Shown one piece after another: positions 24,043 to 33,200 of a stretch of DNA of 49,177 nucleotides. Both the position numbers and the translations under genes were made by a program. Every line of letters begins with the position of its first letter. Positions within the stretch are counted from its first letter, which is position 1. The notes below the pieces were generated by a model. It worked only from the letters and a program-made list of their open reading frames with translations, searched no databases and was not told where the DNA came from. The stretch comes from a virus (Duplodnaviria > Caudoviricetes), in the IMG/VR virus record IMGVR_UViG_3300016654_000037, positions 1-49,177 of that record; one strand, written 5' to 3'.

Positions 24043-26676
24043 TTATCCTAAAATCATCCAGGCTTGGCCTGTACCAACGGTTACTGAATAGCCTGTAGAT
24101 ACTGTGACAGGCGATACTGACAGCCCATTCGTATTACTTGTAATCGTGTAATTCTGACTGATGGTTATTTGAGACTCTAGAACAGGGCCACCCGACCCAC
24201 CACCTCCGCCCGACGCCCATGACAAATTACCTGAGCCATCCGTGCTTAGGAATTGCCCACCAGACCCATAATCAGTTGGGAAGGTATAAGTCTGTGTTGA
24301 CGTTGTCGCTGCATTGCTAGGTTGAAAACGAAGCGTCTTGGTACCCGACCCTGCATCATTTGATTGCAGCTCTAAGTATCCTGACGTTCCTGCGCCTGTA
24401 TTAGCAGTTACCTGAGCGTAGCCAACAAAACTAGCCTGCCCAATATCTGTAATCGTTGCCGTGGAGTTTTGAATAACCTTGCCGGTTGTTGAATCAAATC
24501 TAACAATCGCATTGTCAGTAGAACTTGCCGGACCAGTAACATCGCCGCCCGCCGCAAGCGTTGCATACTCAAGACCCGTGGCCGAACCGTTAACACGTAA
24601 GTACTGATTGGCCGTGCCAAGAGCCGAAAGACCCGTGCCGCCATTACTGTAATTAAGCGTACCCGTAACACCTGTCGATAACGGAAGCCCCGTGGCGTTT
24701 GCCAAACCAATCGTTGATGGTGTTCCTGCATCACCTTCATACGTAACAATCCCGCCCGTCGTTCCAACCGTCAGACCTAACGTTGTCGCAACGCCTGTAC
24801 CAAGTCCTGACACACCCGTTGCAATAGGAAGCCCCGTGGCATTTGTTAACGTGCCACTTGATGGCGTACCTAATGCACCATTAAATAATACCGGCGCACC
24901 GGCTGTTCCTACGGATTGACCTAAAGCCGTCGCAATCCCTGTGCCAAGACCTGAAAGGTTTGATGTTAGATAACCTGTTGTATTGGTTAACGTACCCGAA
25001 CTCGGTGTCCCTAGAGCACCACCTGGAACAATATAATCCGTACCGGCTACCGCTGCACTTACAACCCCTGTCGTTCCCTTAAGAAGGCCCGTCAAGGTTG
25101 AGTTTGTAATGAGTTTGCCAGTGGTTCCGCTAAATACTGGGAGTTGTCCGTTTGTTGAATTAGCAGGACCAACAACATCACCAACACCGACAGCAGCACC
25201 ATACTCAAGCGCCGTGCCACCTGAGTTCACTTTAAGCACCTGACCCGCTGTACCTAATGCCGTAAGTCCCGTACCGCCTGATGTGATTGGAAGTGCAGTC
25301 CCAGAATACGAAAGCGTCAGCGTGCCGGTGCCTGTAACCGGAGAGCCTGATACAGTGAACATGGCAGGCGCTGAAATACCTACAGAGGTTACCGTTCCAG
25401 CCCCTGCGATTGCACCCCACTTCACGCCATAAGGTTGAGTCGAATCAGCAATCAAAACCTGCGTATCCGTACCTACAGGAAGTCTTACGTTATCGCTTCC
25501 TGTATTGACAATTAAATCGCCCTTGGTTGTCGTTGGGGCGAGTGCATCAAAAGCCGATGTCTTATCAGCCTGACCCGTGCCGCCTGCAGCAATCGCAACT
25601 GTGCCACCTAGTGTGATAGTTCCTGTTGATGTAACAGGACCGCCAGATGTTGTAAGCCCCGTGCTGCCACCCGATATATTCACTGAGGTAACTGTTCCAG
25701 ACCCTACAGACGCATATTCAAGACCCGTGGCGCCTGAATTGACCCTTAATACTTGGCCTGCCGTGCCTAGCGAATTAAGCGCCGTACCACCATTTGCTAT
25801 AGGAAGAGTTCCTGTAACGCCCGTCGATAACGGTAATGCAGTTGCATTGGTCAGTACAGCAGCAGATGGTGTACCAAGATTGGGCGTTACAAGCGTTGGG
25901 CTTGTTGCAAATACCAGCGGCCCTGTCCCCGTGTCATCAGAAATAACACCACGAAGTTGATCAGATGTTGTTGATGCAAAGACCGATAAATTGTCTTGTC
26001 TGTAAGCAACCGTACCACCAGCGCCAAACGCCGCCGATGATCCATCAGTTCCTGTAAATGTCAGGGTATTACTTGCGGTAAGCGTCTTGCCGTTCGCAAT
26101 CGTCAGTGTTGCTGAACTGGCCGGTGCTGTGATTGTTACCTTGTTATAAGCCCCTGCTGTGATATCCCCAGTGCTATCTGCAATGGTCGCTGCCGAGTTT
26201 TGAATCAGCTTACCTGATGTACCGTCATACCGTGCAATCGCATTATCGGTCGCAGATGCCGGACCATTCATCCCCGCAAATGTGTAATCCGATCCATTCC
26301 AATACACAACAGCGGCTGCACCTGCCGTTACGGTAACGCCCGTTGTTGCAGATGCCTTAATGACAACACTTGCATCAGATGCATTATTTACAAGATACCA
26401 ACTACGGCTTGTCGCACCACCTGGCGCAATAATATTTCTTGACGCCCCAGGAGTCCCCGTCACATTCAGAATTGCATATCTTGCTTGGTTACTTGCCGAA
26501 CCATCACCATTCGTTAAAGTAATGCTTCCTGATGTCACATCCAGCGTGACCGATCCTGCAATCGCTACATCAACCGGTGACGTAAGCGCATCATTGATGG
26601 TCGTACCCCAAGTGCCATCTCCCGTTCCATTAACAGGCTGGGCAAGCTTTAATAGCGTGGTGTAATTAACGGTCAT
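24043..26676 (-). CDS. Long tail fibre protein with internal repeats
   Basis: 877 aa, Gly/Thr/Ser-rich. LGTPSSGTLTNATGLP-type repeats (about 4-5), GPASATDNAIAR-type (3), LGTAGQVL.VN-type (3). Confidence 0.8.
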   Translation of the reverse strand: MTVNYTTLLKLAQPVNGTGDGTWGTTINDALTSPVDVAIAGSVTLDVTSGSITLTNGDGSASNQARYAILNVTGTPGASRNIIAPGGATSRSWYLVNNASDASVVIKASATTGVTVTAGAAAVVYWNGSDYTFAGMNGPASATDNAIARYDGTSGKLIQNSAATIADSTGDITAGAYNKVTITAPASSATLTIANGKTLTASNTLTFTGTDGSSAAFGAGGTVAYRQDNLSVFASTTSDQLRGVISDDTGTGPLVFATSPTLVTPNLGTPSAAVLTNATALPLSTGVTGTLPIANGGTALNSLGTAGQVLRVNSGATGLEYASVGSGTVTSVNISGGSTGLTTSGGPVTSTGTITLGGTVAIAAGGTGQADKTSAFDALAPTTTKGDLIVNTGSDNVRLPVGTDTQVLIADSTQPYGVKWGAIAGAGTVTSVGISAPAMFTVSGSPVTGTGTLTLSYSGTALPITSGGTGLTALGTAGQVLKVNSGGTALEYGAAVGVGDVVGPANSTNGQLPVFSGTTGKLITNSTLTGLLKGTTGVVSAAVAGTDYIVPGGALGTPSSGTLTNTTGYLTSNLSGLGTGIATALGQSVGTAGAPVLFNGALGTPSSGTLTNATGLPIATGVSGLGTGVATTLGLTVGTTGGIVTYEGDAGTPSTIGLANATGLPLSTGVTGTLNYSNGGTGLSALGTANQYLRVNGSATGLEYATLAAGGDVTGPASSTDNAIVRFDSTTGKVIQNSTATITDIGQASFVGYAQVTANTGAGTSGYLELQSNDAGSGTKTLRFQPSNAATTSTQTYTFPTDYGSGGQFLSTDGSGNLSWASGGGGGSGGPVLESQITISQNYTITSNTNGLSVSPVTVSTGYSVTVGTGQAWMILG

Positions 26677-26683
26677 GACTGCC

Positions 26684-26776
26684 TCATGATGTCGTAATTG
26701 GCGTCCACGTTGTCGTGGAACCAGGAGTTATTGATGACCATGTCGTTGTCGCGCCGGGAGTGATCGGTGTCCACAT
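26684..26776 (-). CDS. 30-aa Trp/Thr repeat miniprotein (MWTPITPGATTTWSSITPGSTTTWTPITTS), not in track
   Basis: ATG begins 2 nt after the upstream TGA. The ORF fills the gap exactly and has a 3x 11-aa repeat. Confidence 0.65.
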   Translation of the reverse strand: MWTPITPGATTTWSSITPGSTTTWTPITTS

Positions 26777-26777
26777 A

Positions 26778-27206
26778 TCATGCAATCCTTAATACTGCAT
26801 TCGTAGCATCAGCCGCCGGGAATGTAATCACAAGATTCTGCGCCGTCTTGGAAATATTTACCCCAAAGTTTAATACGGCAACCGAACGATTTCCATTGGT
26901 TGAATTGTAGATCAGGGCGCCATTTGTTGTCAGCGTTACGTTTGTGAACGTGGCCGTGTCAAACGTCCAATACGCAGTAGTTCCTTGAAAGGTTGGTGTG
27001 ATGTTTGTGAGGACAATCCCGCCTGCGGTGTAATTGGTTCCACTGGCTTCACCTGATGCTGTGTACGCAGTCGTTGAGGCACCAAGATCCGCGTTAGCGG
27101 TGTATAAGGCCAATTTAAAGACATCACCCGTACTCGCTGTGAAGTTGTGCAGACCCTGCGCTAGCTCTACTTTGAAGCTTGTTGTCAGGGTTTGGATGAT
27201 CGCCAT
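26778..27206 (-). CDS. Virion structural protein
   Basis: MAIIQTLTTSFKVEL...FKLALYT...GALIYN conserved-looking pattern upstream of the fibres. Confidence 0.75.
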   Translation of the reverse strand: MAIIQTLTTSFKVELAQGLHNFTASTGDVFKLALYTANADLGASTTAYTASGEASGTNYTAGGIVLTNITPTFQGTTAYWTFDTATFTNVTLTTNGALIYNSTNGNRSVAVLNFGVNISKTAQNLVITFPAADATNAVLRIA

Positions 27207-27880
27207 TACACCACCTTATCCCGAACCTGGCCAGACCTGTACGCATCCATGCGCTCAAGACCATCACCAAGGCGCTTGGCAAGAATAAGTGCCTCTTTAT
27301 ACCGATTCGTGACATTCTGAATCATGTCTGGCTCGCCTTTCAGAAAGGTATAAGCCTCCACAAGACACCCATACAAAAGCACCGAATCAAAGTTATCACC
27401 CAGCCACGTAGTCGTTGTGCTTACATCAGCAAGACCAATTGACGTTGGATAATAAAAGTAATGCAACTCCATAGAGTACGCAGCATCCGGCGTCGGTCCC
27501 AAGATAAATACCAACTCTTTTGTAGATGTTGGGTAATCCGTACCAAAGAGCGCATAACAATACGGCTCGCCAGTATTTCCAGAGCCTGTCGGGGCCGGAA
27601 ATGACTCTCGGATAAAGTTAACGTCTTTATTTAAAAGGTACTTGTAAGACCCTGAAGCGGTAATAACTGCTAACGAATAGGGGGCCAGAAAGTCTGTTGG
27701 TGCTTGCAGATACTGGTTATTGATTGTGCATGTTGCCGTTACATTCTTTCTTAGTGACGGAAACTGAACCGTATTAAAGATTCGCTGCTCTGCCTGTTGA
27801 GCAAAAGTCTGAAGCGTTGCCGTCTCAAACGTCGTTTCGCAGTAATCTTGTATCGCAGTCTTGAGTTCGCCCCAATTCAT
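27206..27880 (-). CDS. Head-tail adaptor-like protein
   Basis: ELKTAIQDY...AEQRI...LGPTPD...ELHYFYYP...LLYGCLVEAY. Confidence 0.7.
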   Translation of the reverse strand: MNWGELKTAIQDYCETTFETATLQTFAQQAEQRIFNTVQFPSLRKNVTATCTINNQYLQAPTDFLAPYSLAVITASGSYKYLLNKDVNFIRESFPAPTGSGNTGEPYCYALFGTDYPTSTKELVFILGPTPDAAYSMELHYFYYPTSIGLADVSTTTTWLGDNFDSVLLYGCLVEAYTFLKGEPDMIQNVTNRYKEALILAKRLGDGLERMDAYRSGQVRDKVV

Positions 27881-27883
27881 GAC

Positions 27884-28144
27884 TTACGCCATCGGCCCTC
27901 TGCTCATAACACCTTTGGTCGCAGCACCCGTACCACGCATCTTAATACCAGATGTCTTAACCTGTGTATTAGGGTTCATGGCAACGCCTGATGTTGGATG
28001 CCAGTTAGGTACCATGTTGTAAGGCATTTCTTTGCCGGGATTGGGCGATGCTACGACTTTCGCACCAGTCATCGTATGCGGTTCGGCATAAACCTCAGCA
28101 GGGCCAACTTCCTTGCCGCCTTTCTTCATAGAATACTTAGCCAT
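27884..28144 (-). CDS. Small basic GG-motif protein
   Basis: MKKGG near N-terminus, ends GIKMRGTGAATKGVMSRGPMA. Confidence 0.7.
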   Translation of the reverse strand: MAKYSMKKGGKEVGPAEVYAEPHTMTGAKVVASPNPGKEMPYNMVPNWHPTSGVAMNPNTQVKTSGIKMRGTGAATKGVMSRGPMA

Positions 28145-28147
28145 GGC

Positions 28148-28300
28148 TTATCCTTGGTTTTTTGCACGGGCAAGGTTTCTTCCCATCTTCTTCATCATTT
28201 CAGAAGTTGGACCGCCTTTGCGTAGTTTCTTAACATCCTTATCGGGATGGGCATTCTTGCCCTTTTTCATGTGCTTCTTGAGTGCTTCCATCGTATCCAT
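28148..28300 (-). CDS. 50-aa basic GG-motif protein (MDTMEALKKH...LRKGG...GRNLARAKNQG), not in track
   Basis: AGGAG RBS at 28306-28310, ATG at 28300, TAA at 28148-28150. Fills the gap. Confidence 0.75.
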   Translation of the reverse strand: MDTMEALKKHMKKGKNAHPDKDVKKLRKGGPTSEMMKKMGRNLARAKNQG

Positions 28301-28308
28301 ATCAACTC

Positions 28309-28734
28309 CTATGAGGCTGTGACACTGTTTAAAAGGGCTTGACCAATCAGATGATTAGGCGTCAAACCATAATCATTCGCTCTTGCGCCACCTACGGGAT
28401 TAAATCCCCATTCAATCACCCGACTTCCTTCTAAAGGGACACCGGTATATAAGGGGTCAACACCGACCGTGTTGTTGGTTTGCATCCCGTTGTAGCCTGA
28501 CTGGTAATACGAGTTGGAATCGGGACGAGGATTCCTAACAGCTTGCGGGTCATTGACCGGATACATCCCCAACTGTAGTTGCGGTTGATCCGGGGTCCAG
28601 CATTCAGGACAGGCTAGTATATTGACATTTTTTGTCTTGATTGTCAGCGGTTTTAGCTGTTTTAATTTGTAGCGAAACCCGCACACATCACATTGTGCAA
28701 TCGCATACTTACCACTGGCAAATTGATTAGGCAT
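28309..28734 (-). CDS. Zn-ribbon virion-module protein
   Basis: CDVCGFRY...ACPECW...DPQAVRNPRPD. Confidence 0.75.
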   Translation of the reverse strand: MPNQFASGKYAIAQCDVCGFRYKLKQLKPLTIKTKNVNILACPECWTPDQPQLQLGMYPVNDPQAVRNPRPDSNSYYQSGYNGMQTNNTVGVDPLYTGVPLEGSRVIEWGFNPVGGARANDYGLTPNHLIGQALLNSVTAS

Positions 28735-29704
28735 TGCCGCCTGTTCCTAAGAATGACTGACGAGGGACAAACCTAATCGGCGCCTTCTCCCGGTCTTCAT
28801 CGGCTGCTAATTGCCATGCTTCATCATACATGGCTTTTAACATGGGCATTCTTTCCATGGCCTGTGGGATTTTCATGGACAGCTTATAAGCCAATCCCGC
28901 CGTTAAAGCTTCTTGGAACCGGAAAGGAATATCTTCCACGTTAATACCATTACCTGCGTCTTGGAGTCTTCTGAGCCTCCAGTAAATTAAATAATAGTAA
29001 GGTGTTGTAATTGACCCTTGATCAGGCGCAGGCCAGACCGTGACGTTAGGAAACTTCGTATTCGTTACGGCAGCGCCCGAACTATGAGACGCAGCCGTTG
29101 TATTGTTCTGCCCACGAACAACATTATTAAGCGTTGCATACGCCGATACCCCGGTTGCCACATTCTCAGCTTGCGTAGAGGTTCCATAGTAGTACACCGT
29201 CTCAGAGTCAATGTTGGCGTAACCGGCATATGGGATGCCGTTTAAACTTGTCATTGGAATAGTTGTGACTGATGAGTTGATGGTTGCGGCTAAAGTTCCT
29301 GTGAATGTATAGGTCTGACCACCTTGGCGATCAATGTAGATCTGGATAGGTCTGCCTGTTGCTAGCTTGTTAGGGATCGTAGAGTAAGTACTTACTGATA
29401 TACGGCTGATGTTGATGTCAACCTGATTAGTACCTGTCCCGGTTCTGATGATGGTTTCCACCAGATCTACCGTGTTAATAGGAAGCGGGTAGGTAATCTG
29501 ATTCGCCATCAACATAATAGAGCCTTGTTCTAAGGTCCACATATTGATTCCGCGATTGGCCCACTCAGTGAGCATGAGGTTTAAACTTCTCCTCGCCGTT
29601 CTTAAATCATAACCAGACCTAAGTTCTGCCCCGCAGCGTTCAAACGCCTCTTCCACTAACTCGTTTAAGTTAGGGTTAAATGTGGTAGTGCCTGTGGTAC
29701 TCAT
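28727..29704 (-). CDS. Head-tail connector / tail tubular protein A-like, with beta-rich insertion
   Basis: EEAFERCG...ARRSLNL...WANRG...VWPAPD...GLAYKL...EDRE. Confidence 0.7.
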   Translation of the reverse strand: MSTTGTTTFNPNLNELVEEAFERCGAELRSGYDLRTARRSLNLMLTEWANRGINMWTLEQGSIMLMANQITYPLPINTVDLVETIIRTGTGTNQVDINISRISVSTYSTIPNKLATGRPIQIYIDRQGGQTYTFTGTLAATINSSVTTIPMTSLNGIPYAGYANIDSETVYYYGTSTQAENVATGVSAYATLNNVVRGQNNTTAASHSSGAAVTNTKFPNVTVWPAPDQGSITTPYYYLIYWRLRRLQDAGNGINVEDIPFRFQEALTAGLAYKLSMKIPQAMERMPMLKAMYDEAWQLAADEDREKAPIRFVPRQSFLGTGGNA

Positions 29705-29946
29705 TTACCTACCTTCCGAAATGGGGCCACCTTTTTGGCAATTGCTTTGGGTTGGGCGACAAACTGATGCCCTTTTGCCTTTCCCGCTCGTTTAGCTCTG
29801 GTGGTGGCTGCATATTCTGCACTTGAAAGAGATTTGATCGCCGCCTCTGGAAGATAGCGTTCCCCAGTATCAGATGACTTTTTGCCACTCTTGGTCCTCC
29901 ATTTCTGGTCACCCCAAGCTTTGAGGGATTGTTGAGGAGTTTTCAT
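29701..29946 (-). CDS. DUF5872-like protein, C-terminal half
   Basis: QQSLKAWGDQKWRT...GERYLPEAAIKSLS. Likely start MKTP at 29946. Confidence 0.7.
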   Translation of the reverse strand: MKTPQQSLKAWGDQKWRTKSGKKSSDTGERYLPEAAIKSLSSAEYAATTRAKRAGKAKGHQFVAQPKAIAKKVAPFRKVGK

Positions 29947-29947
29947 C

Positions 29948-30223
29948 TTAATCTCTGTAACTGCCACCAGCAGCTTTATATTTCTTGGCTACAAGCTGTG
30001 CCTTCCTCGCGGACCAACGCCCTGCACCTGTGCCATGTGTGGCTGCGGCTTTAACTTGAGCAACAATGCGTTTGCGAAGCTCAGGCTTTGTGTAGTTTCC
30101 CGCTTCGTTAACAGAGCCGCCTTCTTTGAATTGAAGGAAGTCCGTATTATCCCGGCGCTTCATCTTTTTCGCCTTGGGCATTTTGCTTGGGTTAATTGCG
30201 CCCATTCCTCGGGATGGCATCAT
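29948..30223 (-). CDS. GG-motif leader fused to DUF5872-like N-terminal half
   Basis: MMPSRGMGAINPSKMP...FKEGGSV, then NYTKPELRKRI...WSARKAQLVAKKYKAAGGSY. Confidence 0.7.
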   Translation of the reverse strand: MMPSRGMGAINPSKMPKAKKMKRRDNTDFLQFKEGGSVNEAGNYTKPELRKRIVAQVKAAATHGTGAGRWSARKAQLVAKKYKAAGGSYRD

Positions 30224-33200
30224 TTAGTTGCTCCTGACATGATTCCTACGTCTGCCAAAGGACCATATGACCGAGTATATTCCGGCGGCGGCAAGTTGAA
30301 AATCCCATAAGCATCAAAAGGCATAGGTTCCGGTTGACCGTAATCGGTTTCGCCTGTTTGCTGACCTGAAGGAATAGGAATAAATGGGAAGAAAGGTATG
30401 GTCGGGACCTTCGGTACAGTGACAGGCTTAACAGGCGTAGTGGTTGGTGTAGTGATAGTTGGCGTAGTAGTAGGCGTAGTGGTAGGTGTCGGTTGGTAAA
30501 TAGGAGTGCCAATAATCGTGTTGATAATTTGTTGGTCAACTGGTGAAAATACAAACTCCCCCGGCTTCACCGTAGGAGTTTCAGCAACTGGTTTAGGAGG
30601 CTCAACATCAATGAATGGTTTTTGATCAACCTCTGGCCTAATCTCAGGCTGAACCACAGGCTGAGTTTCTGGCTTAACTTCTGGTTGTGGTTGGACAACA
30701 GGTTGAACCTCTGGTTTAACTTCTGGTTGTGGTTGGACAACAGGTTGAGGCTGTTGTTGTTGAGTTTGCTGTTGTTGAGTCTGTTGTTGTTGCTGTTGTT
30801 GCTGTTGTATATCTGGCTGAGTTACAACTTCTGGCTGTACTACGATATCCGGCTGATTTCCTGTACCCGGCTGGGCAATGATCTCTGGTTGAGCCTCTGG
30901 TTGAGTAACTGGTTTTGTCTCCGGGGATGTAGAAACAATTCCAATACCCGTGGGGGTTCCTGCTGATGGCGGGAGTGTGGAAACAATCCCTGTCGCCGGT
31001 GGTACGGCAGCAGAAATATTTGTAGCCTGATTAATAGCGCCAATTACAGCAGGAAGCTGATCAGATTTTAATGTTCCATTGTCTACAAACTGTTGTAGTA
31101 CATCGTTGAGCTTTTCAGGTGTTGTGATCTGGCCGTTTTGAATTTTTTGAATGGCGCCGTCAACAACAAACTTTTGATTATCGGTTGGCATAACGATCTG
31201 CCTAACCGCATTAATACTCTTATCTAAGTTACCAGCATCAGATGAAATAACCACCATGCCTTGAGGCGTGTTAACGACACGCGCCGGGGTAAGTCCATCA
31301 TTAATGGCGGAGATAGATGGCGAATCTAAGGCCTGCCCCGAAATACTCGGTATAGGTTTACCGTCAAGTGTGTCTTGAAATCTTATGTCCCCAATGCTTT
31401 CATCAAGCTTCTTGCCTATTTCAGCAAGCGTTGGGCTTCCATAGTAAGAAGCCATTTCTTGCTCAGAACCTTTGTTGATCCATGTGCTTGCAATTGGATT
31501 GCCATTTTGGTCGTATTGCTGACTGATCCCGAAGAATGGATACCATTGACCTGATGGAACGCCTTCCTTACCCGCCAATCCAGTGCTTAAATAAAATGGT
31601 ATTTGTTGACCATCTACATCAACCAGAACAATCTTGCGCTGGTTATAGTCAACAATCGGAGACGATGCGCCATCACCAAGCGGAATTTGTTTTAGCGGTA
31701 CCTCAGTTGAGGTAACTACAGGTGACGTCACACCCTGATCAGAAGGAAGCGTTGAAACAATACCTGTATTGTTAATAATCTGACTAATGGCATCTTCTGG
31801 TTTTACAGGCTCGGCAACAATCCCTGTCGGAAGAGATGGAGGCTCAATATTGATACCGTCTGGAAGTGACGGGCGTTTCCCTACTACCTCAAGTCTTGCG
31901 TCGGGAACTTTGCTTGCACCTATCGCTACCTCTGGGACCGGCTGAACGCCTATCTTGCCTGCGGTGTATTGCTGGGCAGCATTCCCCAACTCTGACGTTG
32001 CTGCAACCTTACCGCCTAACCATGCACCTACCGCGCCGTTTGTCGCAGCCTCTGCATCACTCTTGCCAGTCATCTTGGCTATAGTGAATTCTTCAAGGTA
32101 CTCGGAGGTCATTTCCTTGATGGTCTTGGCAACTGGGCCACCAAGCCCCGGAATCATAGATATAGCGCCAGTAACAACAGCCGCAATGCCTGCGTCTGAT
32201 GCTGCTAATTTGGCATATTCTTTATCTGTTTTTAAAGTGTTGCCAGCTCTGATATCAGCTTGTTTTAATTCATTTGCTTTTTGTAAAGCTTGCGCTCCTG
32301 AAGATTCTGCGACATTTAAAATAAATGCTCCCACTAATCTTGCCGGGCCAAGAAGTAAAATTTCTGGGTTTTGAACAAGCTCTTCGCCAAATAAAGTAAA
32401 CGCTCCAACTGGATTGTTTTTGATGGCATTTTTAATAGCTTCATATTGATCAGCCATAGAAGGCTGACCAGTCTCACTTTTATCAGCAGCGGCTTGAATG
32501 TCTTTATAAGCATCTTGAATAAATTTTTCTCTTGATTGATTGACAAACTCAGGACGCATAACGCCACCCCGAGTTTCAACGTCTTGGAAGAAATCAATAA
32601 GCTTCTGTACTCCGGGTGCATCAATGTCAAATTTCAAAGCAGCTTGCTGCACCGCACCTGCATAATTCTTACCTAATCCAGCAATGCCAACTTGAGCTGT
32701 GCCGGTCAATGAATTAACAAAATTATTAAGCTTTGAATATTTACCCAAAAATTCTTGAGCTACATTACCGTCAGCATCAAGTATCACTCTATCGCCAGTA
32801 ATGTTGTTAATAACTTGTTTTGTGCCGTCTGGTAAATCAGTTGTTGTTAGGTACGCAGGTCTATTTACTCTGCTGTCAACTGATTCTGTAAGAATATACT
32901 CATCCCCGGATTTTGGTAAACTGGCTCCAACAGTTGAACCGGCTGTGATATCTGACGTGTAAGCGGTCTTATAAAATGTTGCGCCCGGGGGTAAACCTGA
33001 AACTACCGTGCCAAGATTCTTACTGTTTTCGTCAAGAATAAGTTGACCGCCAAGAACCTCCTCTCCTTGGCCCTGTGGCAAATACTGAGTGATCGTATCG
33101 TTCCTAAGATCCCGCGTATAAATCGTGCCATTTGGTCCTTTGTAATATTCAAGGACGGGAACATAAGCAGCATCCTCGGAAGTTATGACCGCTTCACCTG

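Noticed and set aside
20249-26676. Diversity-generating retroelement or invertase shufflon acting on fibre tips
   Set aside because: No reverse transcriptase or recombinase in the window, and no adenine-specific TR/VR pair or inverted tip cassettes were seen.
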